DNA of 64,000 nt from Macrostomum lignano (taxonomy: Eukaryota): NCBI GenBank assembly GCA_002269645.1, contig NIVC01000004.1, positions 372,001-436,000 on the forward strand, written 5' to 3'. Below are positions 1-9,654 of this stretch, piece by piece; position 1 is the stretch's first letter; every line of letters starts with the position of its first letter. The notes beneath the pieces are model-generated. The model worked only from the letters and a program-made list of their open reading frames with translations. It was not told where the DNA came from and ran no database searches. Position numbers and translations under genes: made by a program.

Positions 1-429
1 CTGTGTTTTTTTGTTTTTTTTTAATGAAAACGGTTGGCAACCATTTGTAAAAAATAACCCGCTCTGGGACACGGGATTCTAGATGCAAATCTGCTAGGTA
101 GGAGAGATGCTCAAGAGTAGCCCAGAGATGCGCGTACCAGCGGTCATATGCTGAGTTATTTAGGAAGCTCTCAGAGAAGAAGTCAGTGAGTGCTGTGCGC
201 TGAAAAGCAACAAAATTAAATAAAGCAAAAGCAAGCCTGACTCCATGCAAGCATTTCCAGTGCAAAACAAAATCGGAATAAACTGGTAGCCTTCTCTACG
301 TTTAATTACTCTGACTTCACATAATTTAAACATAAATTCACATAAAGCTCGCTTGATTGAGAGTAAGCGAGTTGCTGGCCACTGATCCAATGACTAAAAA
401 TCGTAATCCGAAATCTAAATTTCTCCTGC

Positions 430-1161
430 TCAGTGAAACGGCGACAGGCACTCGCAGAGACCGTATTTGGCGAACGAATAGTCAGTGAGTCCGCTCTTTT
501 TGGTATAGACAGCGAGCAAGTTCTGCCCATCACCGCCATCGTTTGGCTCACCACCGGCCCAAAGGCTCGGGTCCAAAGGGATGTTGCAGCCGACCCAGTA
601 CCAGCCGCCATCAGGCTCCGCGCTGCCGGCCGTCTGGAAGCCTCCCAGCCACAGATCGTTACTAGGACGAAGCGACTCCACGTGGCTCATCTCTGAGCTG
701 CTCGTCACGTCCGCCATGATCACCAGACCGCTCTCCGATTCGCATGTCGATTTTATGAGGTCCCACGAGCCGCTGACCACCCTGTACTTGACTCCACAGA
801 AGTCGTCTCCGTATCCGGACGGACACAGCAGTCCCGCCGGCAGTCCCGGCTGCTGCCTCACGAACACCCGGCCTCGTCTCGAGCAGCCGCAGTCCCTCAC
901 AGACTTGCTGTACTTGTTGAACTCGAACAGCTGGCACGGACCGTCGGACAGGCTGAAGGCCTGGCACTGCGGCCTCAGGCCACACAGGAAGGAGCAGTGC
1001 TCCACCGATGTAACTCCAATGACATTGTGGACGAATTCGCTATTGATGCACAGGGAGCCGTTGATGGGAGTGAATCTCAGGGAGCAGGCCTGGCTGCTCA
1101 GAGCAGAGCTCAGCAGTGAGGCGAAGACGAAGGCAGTCTTGAGGCACTCAAAATGATGCAT
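430..1161 (-). CDS. Secreted PAN/apple + C-type lectin domain protein, intronless, ~243 aa from ATG at 1161
   Basis: Hydrophobic signal-like N-terminus (AFVFASLLSSALS). PAN-type Cys pattern (CSFLC...CQAFS...CQL). CTLD motifs DLWLGG, WYW and W..GEPND. Confidence 0.8.
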   Translation of the reverse strand: MHHFECLKTAFVFASLLSSALSSQACSLRFTPINGSLCINSEFVHNVIGVTSVEHCSFLCGLRPQCQAFSLSDGPCQLFEFNKYSKSVRDCGCSRRGRVFVRQQPGLPAGLLCPSGYGDDFCGVKYRVVSGSWDLIKSTCESESGLVIMADVTSSSEMSHVESLRPSNDLWLGGFQTAGSAEPDGGWYWVGCNIPLDPSLWAGGEPNDGGDGQNLLAVYTKKSGLTDYSFAKYGLCECLSPFH

Positions 1162-2849
1162 GGCTGCAGCAGGAGCTGCTTTCGCTGCAGCTTGATTGAG
1201 CTGATGTACTTTATATACATTGAGCTTTCTGGTGAGGGATGCCATTGGCTTGCAGGGCCAGAGTATATTTAGAAGTGGCAGTACTGTATTGCAGAAATAT
1301 TCTCTAGAACAATATTGTCCGTCAAATACAAGTTGTTTTAATATTTCGAGCTTCATAAACCTTTCTCAAAGTTTTTTATCAAAAGGTCGGTTCACGACGG
1401 AGCTGTGAATTTCGTGAGCAATTTTCACGCTGTAAAAATTATGGTTTAGAGGTTTAAAAAGCTTTAAAAATTAATGTTTTCGGATTAGTGATCCATTTTT
1501 ATCGTTAAAACCTTTGAAAATTTGGATATGAAGAACTTAATGAGTAACTGAGACTCAGGCTAAGAGTTGCCATGCCAACTGAAAATTTCGGCTTTTTTAA
1601 AAGATCGGGAGTTGAGAAATTTAGTCAAAAATAGCAGGAAAAAGAAACATTCATCTCATTGTTTGATTCGCAAGCGACTTGCTTGCCGAGTTTTTGCCCC
1701 CAGCTCCGCAGCTGACTGGCTCCAGAAGAGACTTCCTTCCCCTGAGGCAGCCTTTGCCCACGCGTTAAAAAACTTCAACAATGCAGCACATGCGGCAGCA
1801 AAAACTGAAGCGGCTCCTATGGCAGGCATATTGATATTTTTAGCGTTTCTCCTATCAAAAGTGCGGCTAAGGCTTCTTACTACAGAGGTACTATGACGAA
1901 ATTTTGCTTGATTCGCCATTCAATCCAGCTATTTGTGGGAGAACGTGCAGTACCAGCTTCCATAATGCTTGTATCATTTTCTCATGAGCTTCCATCATCT
2001 AATTTCATGGCTCTGCATGGCTCGTACAGTCTCAAACAAGCACAAGATTCGATAGAAAATGAGCCGCTGTATGCACCAGGGAATATATTAGTTTTTGCAA
2101 AGTTATTGCAAAAAAGAATAGAACCAATATCAGTAGCGGCTACTCCAAGCTCAAAGTTACTGGCGTTGGCTCTGGCTATAAATTTACTTAAAGAAAAGAG
2201 AATCACATCTGCTCATAATTTTTTTAAAATTATGATCGAGATTGAGACTGAGATCGATTTCATATTCTGCACGGAAATGTTTGCATTCTAATTTCTATAT
2301 TAGTCATTGTCAGTGCAGTGATGAATTACAGAATTTTAATTCATTTGATTTTTCTGGTAGAAACTGCAGGCAGAAATCATAAACAAATTTTTTACTCAGC
2401 GTTACTCAGCGTTGAGTCAGTGAGTGGGAACGACTCCAGAGTAGCTCTAGCCTCTAAGCGGCAAGTTTCACGGTACGACCGACGTACGTGCCAAAACCTA
2501 CTGACGAAAATGCTTGCCAGTCATGGAAACGCGTAGCTTTGCAGCAGAGTTGCACGAAAAGTTTACTGAAAAACTCACTGAGCGAGCATTTTCAACCCGA
2601 GCGCGGTGAGATAAGCTGGGATTTAACTGATAACGCTCCTCATTCAAAGAAACAATTATCTGTATTTTAGCGACGTGCAACAATGGGCCTTAGATCAGAG
2701 CTTCAGCGCGGCTCGCATGTCAAGTTCCCATGGTGGCTGCGTGACCGTACCGCCCACCGCCGCTGCTGATATAAGGCTGCTGGGTTAAGCAGCAACCCGG
2801 GATAAGAACCTTCTCTCCTGAATTCTGTCCTACCAGCGAGCCCGAAGTC

Positions 2850-3764
2850 ATGAAGTTCCTAGTGCTCTTCGCCTGCTTGAGCGTCGCGAACGCCTACGAC
2901 AGGCTCATCATTGACGGTGTGGAGGCCAGCACTGGCCAGCACCCGGACCTTGTCAGCCTGCAGCGCAACGGCAACCACTTCTGTGGCGGCACCCTGTACG
3001 ACAAGAGGACCGTTGTCACCGCTGCTCACTGCTTCTATGGCAACAGCGGCACCTTCGGACTGGCTGTTGTGGCCGGCGAGAATGACCTGACTCTGTCCAA
3101 CAGCGCCAACAGGCGCTCCTACCGCGTCAGCCGCGTCATCATCCACCCGGACTACCGCAGCTCCTACCACTACGTCCAGGGCGATGACATCGCCATCCTG
3201 AAGCTGAGCTCCGATGCCGACCTCGGTACGGCCACCATCAAGGCCGGTGATTTCGAGGACGCTGTAAGCCAACCTCGGATGCGGTGATTTTTTCTTCTGT
3301 ACTTTAGCATTGCGCATAACTAAGTAATTTATGAAAGCAAAAACAAAATAATGAGGAAGCTAGCAGTGTCTGATGAAACTCACAAACACCTCCTCTAGGG
3401 TGTGGACATCCCGCCGGAAGGAAGCAGCTGCAAGGTGGCCGGCTGGGGCGCCATCGACCCGTCCGGCAGGTACGCCCACACCCGCAAGATGATCGGCGGT
3501 GTGTCCTCCATCACCAACAATGACTGCGCCCGCGTCTTCAACCGCGTGCTGGGCAACACCAAGCAGGTGTGCGCCGGCGGCGACACCACCACCAACGCCT
3601 GCCGTGGCGACTCCGGCGGCCCGCTGTACTGCACGTACAATGGCAAGACCAGGCAGGTCGGTATCGTGTCCTATGGACGCGTGCCCTGCGGCCAGGTCGG
3701 AATCCCCACCGTGTACACCCGCGTGGCCACCTACAGGCGCTTCATCGACCAGTACTCTGGCTAA
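2850..3764 (+). CDS. Secreted S1-family (trypsin/chymotrypsin-like) serine protease, join(2850..3263,3399..3764)
   Basis: Signal peptide, IIDG mature N-terminus, TAAHC, DIAILKL and GDSGGP triad motifs. GT..AG intron 3264-3398 keeps the frame. Confidence 0.93.
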
Positions 3765-4554
3765 GCCCAGTCTCGTCTCTGGCAACAGTTTGCGAACGGA
3801 AATAAAAATTTGACGAGGTGCTTTTCAACATTGAAATACATGGGAAACAACGAAGCGATGATTCTACATATTTATTGTTTTTGCTCTGTTTTAATTTAAC
3901 TTCTAAGCTCAGCAAATGCGAACAGGCGCGAATTTACGCCAAGACAAAAAGCTAGTGAATGCTAGTGAAAAATAGGAGAAACTATATGAGTGCTTAAAGT
4001 TTTTAGCATACTGACTTAAGAATAACGAAATGAGACAATTAGTTTCTTCTTTTAGAAATTTTCTCACTGCTACGTCTGGCGCATTGAAGTAGAGAGAGGA
4101 GAGAGAATCAATAACAACTCACTGTCCAGACAGTCTCCAATGGACGGCATTGGTTGGTCCCGGCAGATATTTGATGCAGAAAAGACAGGGTCGGAGGTGC
4201 TTCTGACAGGGCAGGGCGTAAGCGCGGCCACCCAGTTACCCACCCTCCCACAAAATGGAATTGCTTTTTTTGCTATTCAGCCTTACTAAGACATTCCAGC
4301 GATGAGTTTAATTCATTTCAGCCAGAAATTCATTGGGGTGGCGCAGGGGCCGAGTACAGAATCCACAATTGTGCACTGGGGCGGGGAGTTGCACCGTGCC
4401 GAGTATTTTTGAGAGAAAAGCAAGGGCGTTTGTTTACCCAAACTGCCCGCTCGCGAATTTCGGCTTTTTCTCTCTCACTATACGCCTATAAGATAAAAAG
4501 CTTGACATTGCACAGAGGAAAGGCAGCAAGTAGAGCAGCGGAGAGTCTACCATC

Positions 4555-5694
4555 ATGACATCCTCAATCCTGACTTCCAGTCAAAGCGGGATCATCGGCG
4601 GAGGCGGTGGGAAGGTGCTGAAGACGAGGGTCCAAATCCTTGGCCGCTACCTGCTCGAGCCGGGCGAGGAGCTGAGCTCCCAGCTGGCAGCGCAGCTGGC
4701 CCACAAAGCCAAGTCCGGCCGGGCGCGACTGCGGACTCAGCTAAAGCTGTTCAAGACTGGCATTCGACTCGGCGAGGCCGGCGTGTTTAACAGCATGCCG
4801 GTGGAGTTTATCGAATTCCGCAGACTGTCGGACCTGGTATCGCCTGCGCAGCACCCCTCTGTGCTGGTCCTTGGCGTCAAGGACTACCAACAGCGCTGCG
4901 CCACTGTAATGCAGTTCAAAGACGACGTGTGCCTTCGGGTGGTGGTTGACGTCATCAACCGGCACCGGCGACTGCTGGACGAAGACGTCGCGCGAATGTC
5001 CGACCTGCATAGCGTCAGCTCCACGATGCGAGGAAGTGCCGCTGCCGGTAACAGAGAAGGACAGCCGATGAGAAGCAGCGGCAAGCGTGGAGACGGAAAT
5101 TGGCGTCTGGTGGGCTCAGAGCCGAGAGAAGTCGCCTCTTCCACCGCTTCCAATTCAATGCTGGATGATGACTATGCCATAATCAGGTCACGAATGAGGG
5201 CTTCAGTGGAGACAGAGACAGCGAATAACGAGGAAGCGGCGCCGGTTCAGCAGCGCTATGAGCAGTGGCAGCTGCACCACGCTTCACAGGACGCCTCGCA
5301 TCATCAGCAGCATCAGCAGCGCTACCAGAAAAAAGCAGCCCAGCCTCACCCTCCTCATCAACAGGTGCTTCGCTACCAACAGCAGCGTCGAGAAATCGTC
5401 TCCGTGAACGAAAGCATGGACTTTGACGAGGTGGAGACGGCGGCGATATTTGAAACACCGGACGGACCGCCGACGCTGCTAAACGAGCTGTGCCTGCGCG
5501 GCGCATCGAGCATCAGCACCGGCAACCTCGAAAATGGCAACCATCGAAGCGGCGCCGCTCGGATCTCGCAGCTGCCGCCGGAATTCGTGGCCCGAGCCCG
5601 GGTCGACCGGGTGGCTTCATCGGTGTCGAGCAGCAGCGGAGGCCGACCAGCGTCTGCTGCCTGGGCAACACTGGATGATCGGCTGGAAGAATGA
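4555..5694 (+). CDS. Uncharacterised 379-aa protein; N-terminal ~140 aa possibly PH/PTB-like, C-terminal part low-complexity
   Basis: Long ATG-initiated GC-rich ORF. The fold assignment is only an impression from the alternating beta pattern and terminal helix. Confidence 0.55.
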   Translation: MTSSILTSSQSGIIGGGGGKVLKTRVQILGRYLLEPGEELSSQLAAQLAHKAKSGRARLRTQLKLFKTGIRLGEAGVFNSMPVEFIEFRRLSDLVSPAQHPSVLVLGVKDYQQRCATVMQFKDDVCLRVVVDVINRHRRLLDEDVARMSDLHSVSSTMRGSAAAGNREGQPMRSSGKRGDGNWRLVGSEPREVASSTASNSMLDDDYAIIRSRMRASVETETANNEEAAPVQQRYEQWQLHHASQDASHHQQHQQRYQKKAAQPHPPHQQVLRYQQQRREIVSVNESMDFDEVETAAIFETPDGPPTLLNELCLRGASSISTGNLENGNHRSGAARISQLPPEFVARARVDRVASSVSSSSGGRPASAAWATLDDRLEE

Positions 5695-6060
5695 CTTACC
5701 TGCCCATCTACGGACTCCATTAGAATATAAAGCTGCGACAGCCTTGGACTCGGCATTAAATTTGCACCGCCTCACAGTTGGAATCGCTTGGGCACTTTTT
5801 TAACTTGGATCGTCCCCAGGCATACTTTTGCCTCGTCTATGGAGGAGCAGACTTTTTACTCTGTGTACCCAATTGCCTATTCACGCCAACGATGCGCTCA
5901 TGACAACAAATCTAGCAGTGTCTCATGCATCTATCCTACTTTCAGTAGCAAAAAAGTAGTTTCCTGATATGACTAACTAAATAATATGTTATATTTCTAC
6001 GAGTAACTTTGTGTAAAGTCAGTGCTAAGTGACAGTTAGAATGCCAAGATAAGTGATCCA

Positions 6061-6637
6061 ACTACTAAGGACCCATTTATCCGTTGATTTTGCGAAGGTC
6101 CGTCGGGCTGATGTCGGCCTCTAGCACCGCGGCAAGGTGCTCCCTCGGGGTGTACCACCTCCCCCGGGGTGTACCTCCAGCGGGGTGGGCGTCCAGCGAG
6201 TGTACCTCCAGCGGGTGGGCCTCCCGCGAGTGTACATCCGGCCGGGTGGGCGTCCAGCGAGTGTACCTCCAGCGGGGTGGGCCTCCCTCGGGGTGTACAT
6301 CCGGCGGGGGGATTCCCGCCCCTCCCACCAATGTCGTGTGCACGCGGTTAGTGTAGGAAGGAAACCCCCGATGCTGACGCAGCCCTGTAGCTGGGGACAG
6401 AGAGCAGCCCCTGTAGCAGGAGGGGTAGTGCGCGGAGAGCCGCCATCCCCCGGTAGCTAGGGACAGATAACAGGCGGCCCCCCCTGTAGCAGTATGAGGT
6501 GGGGGTACAGAGAGACACGGGGTGCTGGGACAGAGAGTGCGTGGAGGCACCCTGCGTCGCCCCGGCATGTCGCAGCACGCGGCGTGGACAGAGAGGTAGT
6601 ATGAATCACACCCCCCGCGGAGAGAGCTTCCCCAGGC
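6061..6637 (+). repeat. Left TIR (~577 bp) of the Polinton-like element
   Basis: Reverse complement of 15961-16074 plus 19572-20019. Internal ~31-bp GC-rich units contain GTGTAC at 6150, 6169, 6200, 6230, 6261 and 6293. Confidence 0.93.
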
Positions 6638-6763
6638 CGGGGTGGTAGAGGGACAGACCGGCGGTGAGTGATAGAGAGCCCCCCCAGGCTGCAGAGGGAC
6701 AGACAGGCCGCGAGCAACGTGTTAATTCAACCATAAATAGAAGCAGTGTACAAAACCCTCTGT

Positions 6764-7543
6764 ATGGAGAACATGGAAGAGGGTATAACTGATAACCCCT
6801 ATTTCAGCAACGAGAGCGTGCGCGCCAGATTACCCCTCATTGAAAGATTGTTATCAGACACTAGGAAAAGAATCGAGGGATTGACCGCAAAGGAGCGCTT
6901 AGAATTCACACATCTAGCCCGGCTGGCATTCGTAACAGAAGTAAACATTGAGGAGAGAGAGGTGGCGTTGACTTGGGAGGAAGCAGAAGAAGCGATAAAA
7001 ACCCGGTCCTGTATGGTCACAGCCAATCTATGGAGTGCGGCAATACACCTCAATGACACGAGGGGGTTAATTGACACAGAGTTTGTTAGACAAGTTCACA
7101 CACGCGTGTGCAGAGGACTGCTCCGGAATGTGGGATCGTATAGAATTAAGCACGCCAAGCCAGCAGGCGCGAGTATGTATTACAGTGCCCCAGAAAATAT
7201 CGAACGGCAGCTGGTAAAATTAACTAGAGACATAAAAGAGCCACAAATCTTGCGTAATGCAGTAGTGACAGGAGCATATTTCCTAGAAAAGTTTCTCACC
7301 ATACACCCCTTTAGCGACGGCAATGGTAGAACTGCTAGGTTGTTATTATCAAAGTTGCTCAACCGGATTCTGCCAGAACCCGTATCATTTGCGTATGCTA
7401 ATAGAGACACATATCTCAACTGTCTTTACGAAGCGCGCAGCGGCAACCGGGGGCTCCTAGCGGCGTATTTACTTTTATCAATTGAGAGAACCGTTCTACA
7501 GTGGAGGGAATGGTTGGAAATCTGTTCAGACGGCAGCCTATAA
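6764..7543 (+). CDS. Fic/Fido-domain protein (putative AMP transferase), element cargo
   Basis: Complete catalytic motif HPFSDGNGRTAR and flap region GSYRIKHA. N-terminal helix FVTEVNIEE..LTWEE resembles the inhibitory helix of FICD-type enzymes. Confidence 0.9.
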   Translation: MENMEEGITDNPYFSNESVRARLPLIERLLSDTRKRIEGLTAKERLEFTHLARLAFVTEVNIEEREVALTWEEAEEAIKTRSCMVTANLWSAAIHLNDTRGLIDTEFVRQVHTRVCRGLLRNVGSYRIKHAKPAGASMYYSAPENIERQLVKLTRDIKEPQILRNAVVTGAYFLEKFLTIHPFSDGNGRTARLLLSKLLNRILPEPVSFAYANRDTYLNCLYEARSGNRGLLAAYLLLSIERTVLQWREWLEICSDGSL

Positions 7544-7577
7544 ATAAATAAAATTGGTATTTCTCAACAATATCGAA

Positions 7578-7931
7578 ATGTACTGGCAATCGGAAATAGT
7601 GTACACCCACGTTGACAACGCAGTGTTGGAAGTGGGATATTGGGACCCAAACAAGCCGCGTTTCCGCATCCACTGTCAAAACTGTAGCTGCCCAGGAGCC
7701 GTGTTTAGTCGAGAACAATGGCATCGAATGAAATTTCTGGACACTAGCTGCACAGATTACGATCTCGGAGGCGGCGCATCTATCAAAGTTATCGACGGGA
7801 AGCGCCTGTACGTAAAAGGAGACTGCGAATTTCACCTGTCAGACAAAATACTTTGTGCAGTTGAAAAGAATAGAGTCGACAATTTCTTCCACTATTTCTT
7901 TCTCGACGAATCTGACGAGTCAGAGGAATGA
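7578..7931 (+). CDS. Hypothetical element protein (117 aa), weak PC4-like motif, acidic tail
   Basis: ATG 39 nt after TATAAATA. GAVFSREQWHRM resembles PC4 GISL.PEQW..L. Stop overlaps the next ATG (ATGA). Confidence 0.6.
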   Translation: MYWQSEIVYTHVDNAVLEVGYWDPNKPRFRIHCQNCSCPGAVFSREQWHRMKFLDTSCTDYDLGGGASIKVIDGKRLYVKGDCEFHLSDKILCAVEKNRVDNFFHYFFLDESDESEE

Positions 7932-8443
7932 GCTGGATTTCTCGAGACTACCCGCTATTATCGAGCAAAGAAAGGGCAGAGTACGAGACCCTGAAAAAGT
8001 CCACAGACTGGTTATGCATTTGTCACGGCAAACCAATTCCCGAACGATTAGTCACCTTTAATGTCGAGGTAGACGAAATTGGGCAAGGGCCTTACAGCAC
8101 CCAAGAATATACAGATGCCCGAATTGACTACTACTTTAGAGACAAGATGCATTTCAAAGCCAATCTTCAAAGAATGGAGCAGATAATTGCCCCAATATTA
8201 CAAGAGGATCATCGTGAGAAAATACGGTACCGGAATCACCAGCCGATTGCTCCCTCGTGGACGGAACACCAAAGGATTTGGCGACCTAAACACAGTAGAC
8301 CAATGCTAGCGAAGTTGACTATCAACCCTCACTGCAGCTGCATTAACAACACGCCTCAAACCCCTCGACCAGAAGATCGAAACAAAAGGTTTATTTTTTC
8401 CGAATTTCCAACACCGGAAAGTGTCGTTAAAGAAGGACTATAA
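7928..8443 (+). CDS. Hypothetical element protein (171 aa) with CxCH and HCxC motifs
   Basis: ATG ORF coupled to the upstream gene by an ATGA overlap, part of the gap-free gene tiling. Confidence 0.6.
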   Translation: MSWISRDYPLLSSKERAEYETLKKSTDWLCICHGKPIPERLVTFNVEVDEIGQGPYSTQEYTDARIDYYFRDKMHFKANLQRMEQIIAPILQEDHREKIRYRNHQPIAPSWTEHQRIWRPKHSRPMLAKLTINPHCSCINNTPQTPRPEDRNKRFIFSEFPTPESVVKEGL

Positions 8444-8535
8444 CAAAAACGCCCAGCCACCCCACCCTCCGCCCTAAGGGTATATAAGGAGGCGCTCAGG
8501 GTGCGAGACCCACTCTCAGCAACAGCAGCAGCAAC

Positions 8536-9216
8536 ATGGATACCGTTCAAGACTACAATAGTGTTAGGATCGACCTATTCTCTCTCAAGTCGAGAGGTCC
8601 AAGCTACAACGGAACCGAGACGTACGACATTGAGTACGACGAACAGGGCCCTCTCTATCTTGCCAATGCGACGCCCGTACTGATTGTCAAGGGTGTGAGA
8701 ACCGACAATGAAGGCCGCGAATTCATCATTCTTTCCCAAAAGCACTTGGAGAGTTGCATACCAGAAGCGTTCAATTCCGTGTGTCACCAGCTCTCTATCC
8801 AAGGAATGGCGCTATTGGGGTACAACCCCACTTTTGGCTGCGACAGCGCTGCATTCGGATTGGCTCACGACTTTAAAATGTACGACAAGAGCGGCAAGTT
8901 GTGCACCGACTACAAGAACAAGACGGGCTACTATAGAGTACTGTTCGCCCTAGACACGGCGGTGATTCACGACTCGGTTCTAACCGCGGTGCCGAAAATT
9001 CAACAACTGCAATTCATAGAAGCTCCCAAGCAGGCGTTTGACCGCTGCTACTGGATTCCACCGTTAAAAATCAAGGTAGGACGCAAGCGCGGAGCTGGTG
9101 GAGCTGAGCGGAAACAAAAGCAACCGAAAAAACCGCTTGCAGAACGTCGTGTGCGTAAACAGGGTGTTTTGCGCAAGGTGGAACCACCTACCGAACTTGG
9201 ACTGGGCGCGCGCTAG
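8536..9216 (+). CDS. Hypothetical element protein (226 aa), possibly OB-fold/ssDNA-binding, with basic C-terminal tail
   Basis: ATG ORF preceded by TATATAAG at 8481. Beta-rich core and K/R-rich tail (GRKRG...KQPKKP). Function is inferred only. Confidence 0.65.
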   Translation: MDTVQDYNSVRIDLFSLKSRGPSYNGTETYDIEYDEQGPLYLANATPVLIVKGVRTDNEGREFIILSQKHLESCIPEAFNSVCHQLSIQGMALLGYNPTFGCDSAAFGLAHDFKMYDKSGKLCTDYKNKTGYYRVLFALDTAVIHDSVLTAVPKIQQLQFIEAPKQAFDRCYWIPPLKIKVGRKRGAGGAERKQKQPKKPLAERRVRKQGVLRKVEPPTELGLGAR

Positions 9217-9616
9217 AACGTTTCATAGACCCCGGGCATTGTACAACCTGAGGATCGGAAAGTGTACAATAAACTTTTTCAAACGTTCATTATCGGCCAT
9301 TGTTTTTGGTTGCCAATCAACCAACGATGTGCTGCGTCTTTTTTCTCAATGTAAACCAAACTCTGTTGTTATCACTACCGGTACTTATCGTGCAGAAGTT
9401 AATGTTAAGCCAAACTTTTTCCGCCTTGCCAACTCGAGCTCGCGCTGGGTTGAGTGGGAGAGTGAGGTATTCAATGGGCTTGTAATAAAGTCCCCATTCC
9501 GCAAGGCCAAGTGCCTGCTGTGCGGAAAGAATGGTCGGTTAGTGTTCCTAGGAATACGAAACTATGACGAACTGTGTAAAATGTACGACCACGTGACTGC
9601 TATTCTGCAACTCTAA
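9137..9616 (+). CDS. Divergent TATA-binding-protein (TBP)-fold protein; no in-frame ATG at its 5' end (TTG at 9137, GTG at 9098)
   Basis: By-eye alignment to both TBP repeats: LQNVVC ~ LQNIVS; CTINFFKRSLSAIVFGCQS ~ TTALIFSSGKMVCTGAKS; WESEVFNGLVIK ~ YEPELFPGLIYR; NGRLVFLGIRNYDELCKMYDHVTAIL ~ [26 protein letters not shown]. Confidence 0.7.
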   Translation: MQNVVCVNRVFCARWNHLPNLDWARARTFHRPRALYNLRIGKCTINFFKRSLSAIVFGCQSTNDVLRLFSQCKPNSVVITTGTYRAEVNVKPNFFRLANSSSRWVEWESEVFNGLVIKSPFRKAKCLLCGKNGRLVFLGIRNYDELCKMYDHVTAILQL

Positions 9617-9654
9617 TTATGCTTTGCTTATAAATAAACAAAATATGCACATGT

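Noticed and set aside
6077-6717. ORFs within the left TIR, mirrored at 19532-20062
   Set aside because: They are GC-rich repeat-derived open frames with no recognisable motifs.
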